DNA of 33,000 bases from Heteronotia binoei (Eukaryota), in NCBI RefSeq assembly GCF_032191835.1, contig NC_083227.1, positions 83,390,001 through 83,423,000 of the forward strand, read 5' to 3'. The notes under the pieces are model-generated. The model was not told the DNA's origin and did no database searches. It saw only the letters and a list, made by a program, of their open reading frames with translations. The translations under genes were made by a program, and so were the position numbers. Shown here one piece after another: positions 1-10,283 of this stretch (the stretch's first letter is position 1; each line of letters begins with the position of its first letter).

Positions 1-19
1 GGGGTCTTTTTCTCACACT

Positions 20-57
20 GGATGTCCCTTCCAATTCTATTATTTTATGATCCTATA
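20..57 (+). mobile_element. Degenerate CR1 LINE 3' tail remnant
   Basis: ggatgtcccttccaattctattattttatgatccta resembles the CR1 terminus (ggtcccttccaactctatgattctatg) seen more intact at 11280-11321 and 25330-25365. Confidence 0.4.
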
Positions 58-261
58 GCTCTGGGCTGATATGTACCTGGATATTCTGGGGGGTGGAGCC
101 TTAGGAGGGGAGTGAAGGGGAGGGACTTCAATGGGATCTAATGTCATAGTGTCCATCTTCCAAAGCTGCCATTTTCTCCAGATGAACTGATATCTGTCAT
201 CTGGAGATCAGTTGTAATCCCAGGAGATCTCCAGCTGCCACCTGGAGATTGGAAATCCTAG
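58..261. mobile_element. hAT (Blackjack-like) non-autonomous MITE, partial
   Basis: Ends in ttggaaatcctag, a degenerate reverse complement of the TAGGGTTGCCAA-type TIR. The body (ggagatcagttgtaat...ggagatctccag) is the reverse complement of the body at 1895-2085. Confidence 0.55.
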
Positions 262-1579
262 GCTGTAAAATAGTGACAGTGAAATATTTGAGTCTTGATG
301 AGGGGCTCTTAATCCAGGAATCACAAGGAAGCAGTGAGAAATTTCTGAAACAACTTTCTTGTGCCTTCCTAACTACAAAAGTTACAAAAGCATTCTTCTC
401 TGCTCCTTCTCCATAATACCTTACATTTATACTCCAGTTTATGTCATCTTTACATCACCTCACCTCCATTCCCACCAAATTCATAGCATAGCAACTCAGT
501 GCATCCAGTCATCTGCAGAACTTTGTTAGTGTGGCTAGTAGCATACTGTGCATGTCTAAGAATATTTTCCCTCATTCTTGGGGTCTTATCTACTGATAAG
601 GAGCTTTGCTCAGCTAGCTGAAACTGCTTCTGAGACTTCCAGTTATGCTGCCAGTTCTTAGGGCACAAAAGTTCATTGGTAAGGAAGTGGAGCAAGCAAC
701 ACTATAAAATTGCAGTAAGTGGGTATTCCACAGATAGAAAGCCACTACTGAGAAGGTCCTGTCTCTTGTTGCAGCACTCACTTCTCTTCAGAAGGTGATG
801 GTGCACAGGGCCTACAAACGGGATCAAAGTTGTTGATATAACAACAAAGCAATGTTTCTGAAGCTGAGCACATGGAGAAAATTACTTTCCCTTCTCCAAA
901 TAGGTAAGAACAGAGCATAGACTTCTGGGCTAGAGGCTGTGGCTTTTAGAGCTTTAACCCAGAATTCAGCTGACCATTGTGTTGATCTGAACACTTTAGC
1001 TGTACACACGTGTGTCTGCTCTTATGTGTGCATAGTGCACTCTTTTGCATGTAAATATTTGCAACTGTTTCCTCAAAAGGAGGTTGGGAGCTCAAGCCAA
1101 TTGTCAAGTGGAAATGTTGACTCTGGAGCTGAATATTTCAGAGAATGCTCAGTGTTTCCAGTAAAGCTCCAGGCTTGGCTACAGAGAAGAGAATGGTTTG
1201 GGGAACTGCGGGGGAGACAGGAACCAAAGCAGGAAGTGTGCATCGGCACTTCAGGAAGTTAGCCATACAGGAGCCAAAGCTGGCTGGGCTGCAGCGGCAT
1301 TCCTAAGCAGTGGAAACCTGAGTCGCTCTTCCTGCAGCATGCCTGGAATATTTCTGACTTCTCTGGAGTCCTCTTGCTGACCTGGCAGCTTCAAGGAGTG
1401 ACTTGCTTGCGAGTCAGGAGAGAGACTGTGCATTCAAGGAGATGATGATATTGCATGAACAGACTCTAACCATGGCTCTGCAAAAAGACCCCCAGAAAAC
1501 CTGCAGTATCTGTGTGCATTCTCAGATTCTAGGATCACGCATGGTGTGTAGCACTTTTGAAAATCTCAAGATAGGCGAG

Positions 1580-1756
1580 GAGCCATAGCTCAATGGTAGA
1601 GCATCTGCTTAGCATGCAGAAGATCCCAGGTTCGGCCCGCAACATCTCCAGCTAAAAGGATCAGGTGGTAGGTGATTTGAAAGACCCCAGCCTGAGACTC
1701 TGGGGAGTTGCTGTTGGGCTGAGTAAACAACACCGAAGGCAACTTCTTGTGTTCAG
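1580..1756 (+). mobile_element. Older tRNA-derived SINE (same family as 19569-19781)
   Basis: A-box tagctcaatgg and a degenerate B-box ggttcggccc. The body catctccagctaaaaggatcagg...gaaagacc...gagac aligns by eye with the younger copy at 19569. Confidence 0.6.
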
Positions 1757-1889
1757 TGGTTTGTTTTTTAATTGCTAGTCCATAAGATTTCAAAAATCAT
1801 ATTTATTATGAAAAGTGTCACAATGAAGCAGCACAATGAAACATTGAATTCTAAACACTATACCACACAATGAACAAAGTTTACCAAAT

Positions 1890-2410
1890 TCCAGGTGAGT
1901 CTTCCTGGACAGTCCCCAGAATTACAACTGATCTCCAGATTACAGGGATTCATTCCCCTGGAGAAAATGACTGCCTTTGAAGTTGGACTGTATGGCATTA
2001 TACCCTGCTGAGGTCTCTCCTCTTCCCAAACCCTGCCCTCCCCAGTCTCCACCCCCAGATCTCCAGGAATTTCCCAACCTGGAGAAGGAAAAGGAAAGGA
2101 AAGGTCCCCTGTGCAAGCACCAGTCGTTTCCGACTCTGGGGTGACATTGCTTTCACAACGTTTTCATGGCAGACTTCTTACGGGGTGGTTTGCCATTGCC
2201 TTCCCCAGTCTTTTACACTTTCCCCCCAGCAAGCTGGGTACTCATTTTACCGACCTCAGAAGGATGGAAGGCTGAGTCAACCTTGGGCCGGCTACCTGAA
2301 TCTGGCTTCCGCCGGAATCAAACTCAGGTTGTGAGCAGAGAGTTCAGACCAGAGTACTGCAGTACTGCTGCTTTACCACTCTGTGCCATGGGGCTGCAAG
2401 AAGGGAACCC
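1890..2410. mobile_element. hAT (Blackjack-like) MITE interrupted by a SINE
   Basis: Body at 1895-2085 matches the family at 58-261. The terminus gggaacccta resumes after the SINE at about 2400-2410. Confidence 0.5.
2087..2394 (-). mobile_element. Sauria/Squam2-like tRNA-derived SINE with RTE/Bov-B-type tail
   Basis: On the minus strand: head agccccatggcacagagtggtaaag, central gttgactcagccttccatccttc, and 3' caccccagagtcggaaacgactggtgcttgcacagggg plus an (ACCTTT/CCTTT)n tail. Near-identical copies at 12505 and 24962. Confidence 0.85.
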
Positions 2411-2548
2411 TAAACAAAAGTCTGAACTATCAGTCACCTTCATGGCAAAACATTTTTAAAAATGCCTTCTTAAGGCAGCCTTGGAGCACCTCTGAGCACA
2501 CATGCCACTCGCCCGCAGCCTGGAGCCTGCCCAGCCCTCCCCTGCTAC

Positions 2549-2742
2549 CAGTGTTCCCTCTGAGCTGAGTTAGCATGAGTTAGCTTACAGATTTTTAGCC
2601 TCCAGCTCACATATTTTTGTCTTAGCGCAGGAAGGATGACCCCAGAGCACACTAATTTATGCAGTAGCTCACAACTTTCATGCCAGTAGCCCACAAAGTA
2701 GAATTTTTGCTCACAAGACTCTGCAACTTAGAGGGAACATTG
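2549..2742. mobile_element. hAT MITE with perfect 8-bp TSD
   Basis: TIRs cagtgttccctctgag / cttagagggaacattg. TSD cctgctac at 2541-2548 and 2743-2750; an 8-bp TSD is diagnostic of hAT. Confidence 0.85.
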
Positions 2743-3398
2743 CCTGCTACCTCTGCCACCACTGCACCTGCCCTCCCTGCGGGCAGGGGCAGCAGGGCAG
2801 GTGTGGGCAAGGGCCAGCCTGGGGCACCCAGAGACCCTAGTGCTGTCTTTGGGGGGGGGGAATCATTGCTCAGCTGAGCTTATGGAATTTCTGAAGAGAG
2901 CCTTGAGAGAGGCGCTGCAGGGATGAAAGAGCAGGTGCTCATCCCCCACTCAATCTTGGAGGTCCAAATGCTCCATTTGCAGCATTACAGTTCACAGGTC
3001 TGCTATCTGAGGATGTATTTGGCTTCATAAAGGACAGCTTGGACAGAAAAGCAGACTATGCTCTGCAGAAAACCCAAGAGGCCACAGCATCAGGGCATCA
3101 GGATGGTGGTTAGCTCAGCCTTAATCTCTAGAGCAGTCATTATGCGGTCCCGGAAGGTGGTCCAACTCATTCCCAGTGACAACAGAAGGGAAATAGGGGG
3201 TGCCAACCATGTTTTCATGTGGACACCTTCCTGGCAGATGCCTCCCTTGACACAATGACTTTTGCATTACATTCTATGGCAGTTGCTTCAACAACCAAGC
3301 ATGACTTATGACTTTGATGGCAAGTGGATCTACATTCTGAGTCCCACTATTCCCACTTATCACTGGGACCACAACTGGAAGTACCATATCAAGCGAAC

Positions 3399-3877
3399 AG
3401 AACCTTGGACACTCACCATGAGGGTTTCTTCTGTTCTGAGGTTAGGAAGGCATCTTGCCCCATGCCAAATAAAAAACAAAAAGAGAGAGAGAACAGAAAG
3501 ATAGAAAAGAGAAGAAAATCTTCCAAAAATGGAGTTCTGAGTCTAATCTGTCCTACCTGCTCAAGCAACAGGGGGAAGATTCTTGCTTGCTCTTATCCTT
3601 CCTTAATCCCATTTATACTGTTCCTCTAGCATCATTTTGTTTCTAACAGTGGCTTACCTGTTCTGATTGTCATTTTATCTCTGTTCTGTTCCTTCCCATT
3701 CCTGGGTTCATTAGCTTGTGAAATAACCAAACTGAGCTGGGGTGACACCCACTCAGGAGACAGGATGTTGAAGAGTTTTGCCCTGCTTCCCTAAGCAATT
3801 GGTAGGAATCACCTATTTCAAGATGCCCTGCTAACCTCAGAGCAGAAGCAACCCTCACAGTGAGTATCCAAGGTTCT
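3399..3877. repeat. 59-bp inverted repeat pair (3399-3457 / 3819-3877) with a 361-bp spacer
   Basis: The reverse complement of the left arm matches the right arm at 52 of 59 positions. Each arm contains a GTGAGT donor consensus pointing outward. Confidence 0.85.
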
Positions 3878-4597
3878 ACTTTTCTTTCTTTTTCATTTGA
3901 ATTCCTAACAATTCATTCCAAATCAGATGTGAAGGGGGCATTATGCACATACCCATCCTGTGCTTAATTTGGAGGCCTGAGTAAGCAGTGCTGAACCCTT
4001 CATACTCCTGTTGCTTACCTCTCTTCAGTTAGTTGCTTCTGTCACTTTTCTTCACTCTCAGCTGATAGTCAAAGTAACAAAAACAGCTGAAGCAAAGAAC
4101 AATGGGGGGTTGGGGTAAGATCTTATAATATAGTGGGTTCGATGCACTGAAAAGGTGAAGTAGTAGTGAACATCAGCTCTTTATTAGGTGCAGCATTACG
4201 TAGGCTGCACTTCAAGACTGGGGAACTGGGCCAATGTGGCCAACTATATAAAACTCAGGGTTCCCATGCAAGCACGTTATTGGAACATTCAAACCAGCAG
4301 GGGCCCCAGGATTGGTGCAGGGCAGCAGGGATTTGGATCCTGCTGCCCATTGTTCCCAAGTCCCCAAGCTCTGCTCTAATGGCTCCAATGAGCCAGGCAG
4401 GAACACCCTATTCAGTCTTCACTTGAATCAACATACACAGCAGATCTAATAGGAAGGGTGTGCCTTTTACACTAAGGCTCCCACATGTCCTCTGCTTCTT
4501 GTAGAAAAAGAGTTCTATGTATTTCACTATAAGCTTCTGTTAGTCGGAAATTACTTCATCAGATGATGACTCTGATGCATCTGATGATGTGAGCTGC

Positions 4598-4913
4598 TAA
4601 GGTTGCCAGGTAGTGTTTGGCAAACAGCGAGAGAGCTGTGGGTGGGTATATGGAGAGAAGCTGTGATGCTGGCTGCAGAGTTACTTCATGTCTGATTAAA
4701 AAATGGAAGTCACACAGGTCACTCTAGGAATCAATGGAAATTAGAGTTACTCTGTGTCACCCTGGTTTTTTACTGAAAGTTACGTGGTGCTACAGCCAGC
4801 ATAATAGCTTTTTAAGGGGGGGGGGTAATCCTTTTAGTTGCTCAGAGTGGTGACAAGCAATGGGAGCAGATGGTAGGGGATCCCTGGCCCCCACCAGGGG
4901 AATAAGACCCCTA
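4598..4913. mobile_element. Degenerate hAT (Blackjack-like) MITE
   Basis: Starts taaggttgccagg and ends gacccctag, both degenerate TAGGGTTGCCA TIRs. No TSD recognisable. Confidence 0.5.
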
Positions 4914-6639
4914 GCTTTGACTCACTAAAGTTGATGCTGAAATGAATTCTGATAGTCTTTAAAATGCCACTGGTATATATTACTGCCACAGTCTGATACC
5001 CATCTGGATTTATCTGTTTTATATGTGAATGGAACAGAAATATGAAAAGAAACACAAATCTGCCATCATCTTGTATAGCTGGGTCTGAGAAAGCATGGAA
5101 CTGAGGACTTCTGCCAGTTAATATGACCCACAAAGTCATAGTGTTCTGTGCATAGTTCTCTGAAATAATGAGTCTGTAAGATTTCTGCCCTCCCAAGCTT
5201 CAAGTGCACTTAAATAATCTTTAGTCCTAATATAGTGAGGGTCTCTTTGGGTTTAAGAATTTAAGTTTAACTTAACCTAATTTAAAATTCTGACATTTCA
5301 GATTTTCCTCATTACCTTCTGTGGATGAATTATACCAGTACCATTCTGACTGTTCTGAGTATATCCAGAAGCTTGTTGAAATACAGATATATCTATCCTT
5401 TTTGGTAAACAAAAAACAAAACAACCATTTATATATTTTGAAGAATTTCTCTGAGGAAAGAGCCTTCTGAATTCCATTCAGTTTTTTACTGTAGCCTGAG
5501 AACCTAACAATGTGAGAATGGTATTGACATGAATCTTTGCAAATCCTGCTACATGTCATTATACTCACAACCATAATTATCTACATTTTGTATTGTCCTC
5601 TCATGGTGCAGAACCTAATGATGATTAGTTACACAGACATCCTATGACAATAAAGAAGAGCAAAAATTCAGCATTCACAGAAGGAAATCCCTACGCTCCC
5701 CAGGAGTCTGTGCATGCCAGAAAACCTCTGCCATCATGAAGCAGGAAGAGACTGTTAGACATGAGCAAGGAAGTAGAGCCAATGGCTCCAGCAGAGCAAA
5801 CTTGTTAGGGTCGGAAAAATGGAAACAAAAAAAGTTACTGAGATTTTGCAAACAAAACCCAACAACAGTGAAATTTCATTGTGATCCTGAATCAGACAAC
5901 CTGCTCTCTTGGAAGAGTAACAGGGCCTCTGAGGGAAAGTCGGAATGACAACTAAATAACTGAATTGCCAGTTATATGCAGAAGCATTATTTCTGTAAAT
6001 CTATGAAGAGGACCCAGTGGGATCATCAATTCAGGGATACTGCAGTTGCAGTCTTTACAATCAACGTCATTAAGCAACCGGAAAGCCTCTGTTTCCTTGC
6101 CCTTGCTGTTAACCCTGCTAAACCCATCAGGTGAAGAAACATGAGTCCACTAAAATAGCTGCTGCTGTCACCCTGAATCTTCAGAGAACATTGGTGAGGT
6201 GACTGTTTTCAGGCATATCTTTCTGAGAAGATAGGCTGGGCAAAGAAGTCATTCACAGTCTATAACAGCCTGAAGAAGTGAGCAGTGACTCACAAAAGCT
6301 CATACCCTGCCACAAATTTTATTAATCATTAAGATGCTACTAAACTCTTTTATACTGCTACATATAACAGATAGTCTTCTCTTCCAGGTCTGGGTGTCAT
6401 ATAGCAATCCTAACAAATTTAGCAATCATCTTCATGTGGATTGGAAGCAGGATCAAGAACAGGAAGTAGTATCTGGGAATAAACAGCTCTCACAGCTCAG
6501 GGACAAAGTAGCTTGGATGAAACGCCCTTAAAAATCAATCTGAAAGAATACTGGACTAAGTCACAGAGGATATCAGTAGCTGTTGGCCATGACAGACTGA
6601 TGGAACATCCAGGATCTGAGACAGTGCTCCCCTGAATGC

Positions 6640-6752
6640 AGGAGAACAATTGGGGGGGGGGGCTTCCCAGAAGCATCTGGCTGGTCACTGTTCAAAACAG
6701 GATATTGGACTAGGTGGACTTCTGGTCTGATCCAGAAGGCTCTTATGTTCTT
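6640..6752 (+). mobile_element. CR1-type 3' end fragment
   Basis: aacaggatattggactaggtggacttctggtctgatccagaaggctcttatgttctt is a typical CR1 terminal stem plus (TTCTTATG) tail. Confidence 0.55.
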
Positions 6753-7740
6753 TTTTTTTGTTTTAACAATTTATTGATAACATATGGTTACAATGTTTAA
6801 TTATATCCTTACTATCTCTAACCCATATGATATTTTCTATCCCCCCTCCCTCTGTTACTAGACTTCCCCCGAAGTTATATATTTAAATTCAATTGTAAAG
6901 GTACCCCTAACCAATCAAAGTTCAGTATCTTTTTCTTCTCATTCATGCTAAAAAATTGTCCAATCTTTTTTTATGTTCCACTCTTGCTCTATATATCTTT
7001 TAAATTTCTTCCACACCTTTTTAAACACATCCAAATCACAGTCTCTTAAAGTTCTTGTTAATTTATCCATCTCACACCACGATAAAACTTTCACAATCCA
7101 GTCCCATTTCTCTGGTATTTTTTCTTGCTTCCACAACTGCGCATACAATGTCCTAGCAGCTGAGAGCAAATACCAAATTAAAGTCCTGTCTTCTTTTGGA
7201 AATTTTTCTATTTGTAATCCTAGCAGAAAAGTCTCTGCAACTTTCTTAAAGTCATAGCCCAAAATTTTAGAGATTTCTTGTTGTATCATCCGCCAAAACT
7301 TTTTCGCTTTTTCACAAGTCCACCACATATGAAAAAAAAGAATCCTCATGATGTTTACATTTCCAGCATCTATCCGACATCTTTTTACTCATCTTTGCCA
7401 ATTTCTTCAGAGTCATATACCATCTATACATCATTTTAAAACAGTTCTCCTTAATATTCTGACATGTTGATATCTTCATCGAGTTCTTCCAAAGGTACTC
7501 CCAAGTGTCCATTTGAATTTCTCTGTTCACATTGATTGCCCATTTTACCATTTGAGATTTTACTACTTCCTCTTCTGTAGACCATTTCAATAACAATTTA
7601 TATACTTTCGATATTAATTTTTCATTGTCTCCAAGCAGAACCCTTTCCAGTTCTGTTTGCTCACGTCTAATTCCATCAGACTTAATATCTTTTTCCATCA
7701 GACTTTTTATTTGTTGCATTTGAAACCAGTCATATTTATT
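6753..7740 (-). mobile_element. 5'-truncated L1-clade LINE (ORF2 C-terminus, 3'UTR and A-tail)
   Basis: ORFs 7312-7719 and 6948-7349 encode the ORF2 C-terminus with the CCHC motif (RCWKCKHH...HMWWTC) and a frameshift. A G-rich 3'UTR and polyA follow. TSD tcttatgttctt at 6741-6752 and 7747-7758. Confidence 0.9.
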
Positions 7741-7904
7741 GGCTCTTCTTATGTTCTTACATTTGTGATTTCTTTCTTTCTTAGACTGATGATTTCCACA
7801 TCATGAGAGAGGCTGGGTCTGAGATCTCCACCCTGCGTAACAGTCCAATGTGAGTTGGTGCTTTTCCTCAGTTTCCTTTCCCCCATGTATGATACCCAAT
7901 TCAG

Positions 7905-8177
7905 ACTTAGACCATGATGCATGTGGAGAAGGGTTTTCCTGCCATTCTCTGACTTGAAAAAGCTGCCTTAAGCTCTTTTTATATCGTTTGGGGGAAACTT
8001 ATAGATATTCTTGTTTTCTCTCCATTATACGAATTTTTTCCCCCACAGCAGGGATGAAAGCACCTTGGAAGCAGCTTTTTCCAGTGAGAAAATGACAGGG
8101 GAGAAAAAGTTAAAGCTTCTCTGTCATTTCACTGGAAAAAGCCTGTGAGAAAATGGCAGGGGAAGGAAGAGTTAAAG
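7905..8177. mobile_element. Degenerate palindromic MITE-like element, continuing after 9423
   Basis: 7935-7972 is inverted relative to 8064-8100. Internal hairpin gctttttccagtg (8074-8086) / cactggaaaaagc (8130-8142). The unit agttaaagctt is split by the 8178-9415 insertion. Confidence 0.4.
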
Positions 8178-9415
8178 CAGGGGCGTCAAATTCATTTGTT
8201 ATGAGGGCCAGATCTGACTAAATGAGACCTTGTTGGGACGGGCCACATGTGTCATAAAATGTAACACCAGGTAGCAGAGATATAACTTTATAAAGGACAC
8301 AAACACAATTAAAGATTTTTTTAAAAAAAAACTTAAAACATGCTTAAACATTAGCACTCATTGGTCTTTAGGGTTGCTAAGTCCAATTCAAGAAACATCT
8401 GGGGACTTTGGGGGTGGAGCCAGAAGACTTTGGGATGGAGCCAGGAGACATTGGGAGTGGAGCCATAAGCAAAGTTGTGACAAGCAAAATTGAACTCCAA
8501 AGGGAGTTCTGGCCATCACATTTAAAGGAACCCCACACCTTTTGAATGCCTTCCCTACATTAGAAATAATGAAGGATGGGGCACCCTCTTTTGGGGCTCA
8601 TAGAACTGGACCCTCTGTTTCAATCTTTTTGAAACTTGGAGAGCATTTTGAGGAGCATCATCAGATGCTATGCTGAAAATTTGGTGCCTCTACCTCAAAC
8701 AACAGCCCCTCCAGAGCCCCAGATACCCCCAGATCAATTCTTCATTATACCCTATGAGAATCGATCTCCATAGGGAATAATGAAGTGCCCAGCAGACATT
8801 TCCCTCCCCCCCCCCCGTTTCTGATTACTCTGAAGCAGGGAACTGGCAAGAGGAAGCCTTTCCAAATGGAGTCTGAAGCCTCCAGAGGTGGAAAGGCACA
8901 TGGTGGCTGTGGGGGCGGGGCTTCCCCCCACCGGCCTGCTGACTGGGAGCGGGAAGGAGTCTGGGAAAGCGGGAGAACCCCTGCTGGGACCTGGGGATTG
9001 GAAAGCCTATTAAAGATTCTTTCTTTGTATTTCTCCCATAGGATCCAGGGAACTGGGCAAAGGAAGCTCTGCCTCTTTCCTTCCTTCCCCAGAGGACCAG
9101 GAGGAGGAGGAGCCTCAGACAATAGAAGGAAGAGAGGCTTGGTTCAGTAGCTCTGCTGTGCAGTTGAGAGAACCTGGCAAAGCAAGATCTCCTCCCCCCC
9201 TTCCTCTCCAAGGGAGGAGCCTCAGCCAATGGAGAAAATAGAAGTTTTGCTCTGTAGCTCCTGTGCAATTGAGCAAGCCTTGCAAGGCAAACTGTTATGC
9301 AGAAGGAAGCAAGAGAGAGGGAGAAGGAAGCAGTCAGCAGCCAGTTGCTTGGGGACCTGATAGGAACCCTCCAGGGGCCTCATTTGGCCCCCAGGCCACA
9401 TGTTTGACACTCCTT
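8178..9415. mobile_element. hAT (Charlie-like) non-autonomous element
   Basis: TIRs caggggcgtcaaa / tttgacactcctt. Perfect 8-bp TSD agttaaag at 8170-8177 and 9416-9423. Confidence 0.85.
8369..9009. mobile_element. hAT (Blackjack-like) element nested in 8178-9415
   Basis: TIRs tagggttgctaa / ttggaaagccta. Its left end is the reverse complement of the right end of the element at 15272-15942. Confidence 0.75.
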
Positions 9416-10083
9416 AGTTAAAGCTTCCCTATCACTTCATGCCATTCTGTTCACCCCATGCAGTCTCAGCAACTAAATCTGCGATAGAAAGTAAAATGTT
9501 TAAAATAAACATGGAAGAAAATTTAACTTACAGTTGAGCCCATATAAGAAATCCTAATGTGTAATTGTGCCATTAGCTGAAATTTGAGAAGGGGTAGAAA
9601 AGACATGCTGATTTAGAGCTGACCAGGCAGCAGCACTATGCATGTACAGCACCAATTTAAATGGAGTTTCCATGGGGTTCTCAATAACAAGTTATGTCAG
9701 ACTAACCTGATCTCTTTTTTTGAGAATGTTATGACCTTGCTGGATCAGGGGAATATTGTAGATATAGTTTATCTTCATCTCAGTACGGCTTTTGATAAGG
9801 TTCCACATACTATCCTTGTTGCCAAATAAGTAAAATGTGATTTAGTTCCTATTACTGTTAGGTGGATCTGTAACTGGCTGACAGATCGCACCATACAAAT
9901 GTTTGTTAATGGTTTCCCATTCTCTTGGAGAGGAGTGACGAGTGCCTCAAGGATCTGTCCTGGGACCTGTTTTTTTCAACATCTTCATAAATGATTTGGA
10001 TGAGGCAATAGAAGGAATGCTTATTAAGGTTTTGTAGAAACTTTCGGGCTCAAGTGCCGTGTTCTACTGGAGAAAGTTCTCTT

Positions 10084-10126
10084 TCCAGACGTTTTGTTCT
10101 CAGCTGCGGAGAACATCCTCAGTGGC
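10084..10126 (-). ncRNA. Mirror-copy minimal hammerhead ribozyme motif (G12A variant)
   Basis: The reverse complement reads gcca-CTGAGGA-t-GTTCTC-cgcagct-GAGAAC-AAAA-C-GTC-tgga. Confidence 0.65.
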
Positions 10127-10240
10127 ATTGCAGCCGGAGCAGGCGCTCTGACCGTCTTGGCTGCTGTGCATTGAATGCTGGCTGCTGTGCACTCAATGCA
10201 CAGCAGCCAAGAAGGTCAGAGCGCCTGCTCCGGCTGCAAC

Positions 10241-10283
10241 GCCACTGAGGATGTTCTCCAAAGCTGAGAACAAAACGTCTGGA
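10241..10283 (+). ncRNA. Minimal type I hammerhead ribozyme motif (G12A variant)
   Basis: cca-CTGAGGA-t-GTTCTC-caaagct-GAGAAC-AAAA-C-GTC-tgg: core CUGANGA, 6-bp stem II, AAAA in place of GAAA, GUC cleavage triplet, and cca/tgg stem I. Confidence 0.65.

Noticed and set aside
792-903. Plus-strand exon-like segment (cttctcttcAG ... ATAG|GTAAGA) with a single in-frame TGA, suggesting selenocysteine
   Set aside because: All three frames contain stops, there is no similarity to any selenoprotein I know, no SECIS is evident, and it overlaps the minus-strand candidate.
4926-5013. VAVIYTSG resembling the AMP-binding (acyl-CoA synthetase) signature
   Set aside because: It lacks the following T/S-T-G-x-P-K-G, so it is a short chance match.
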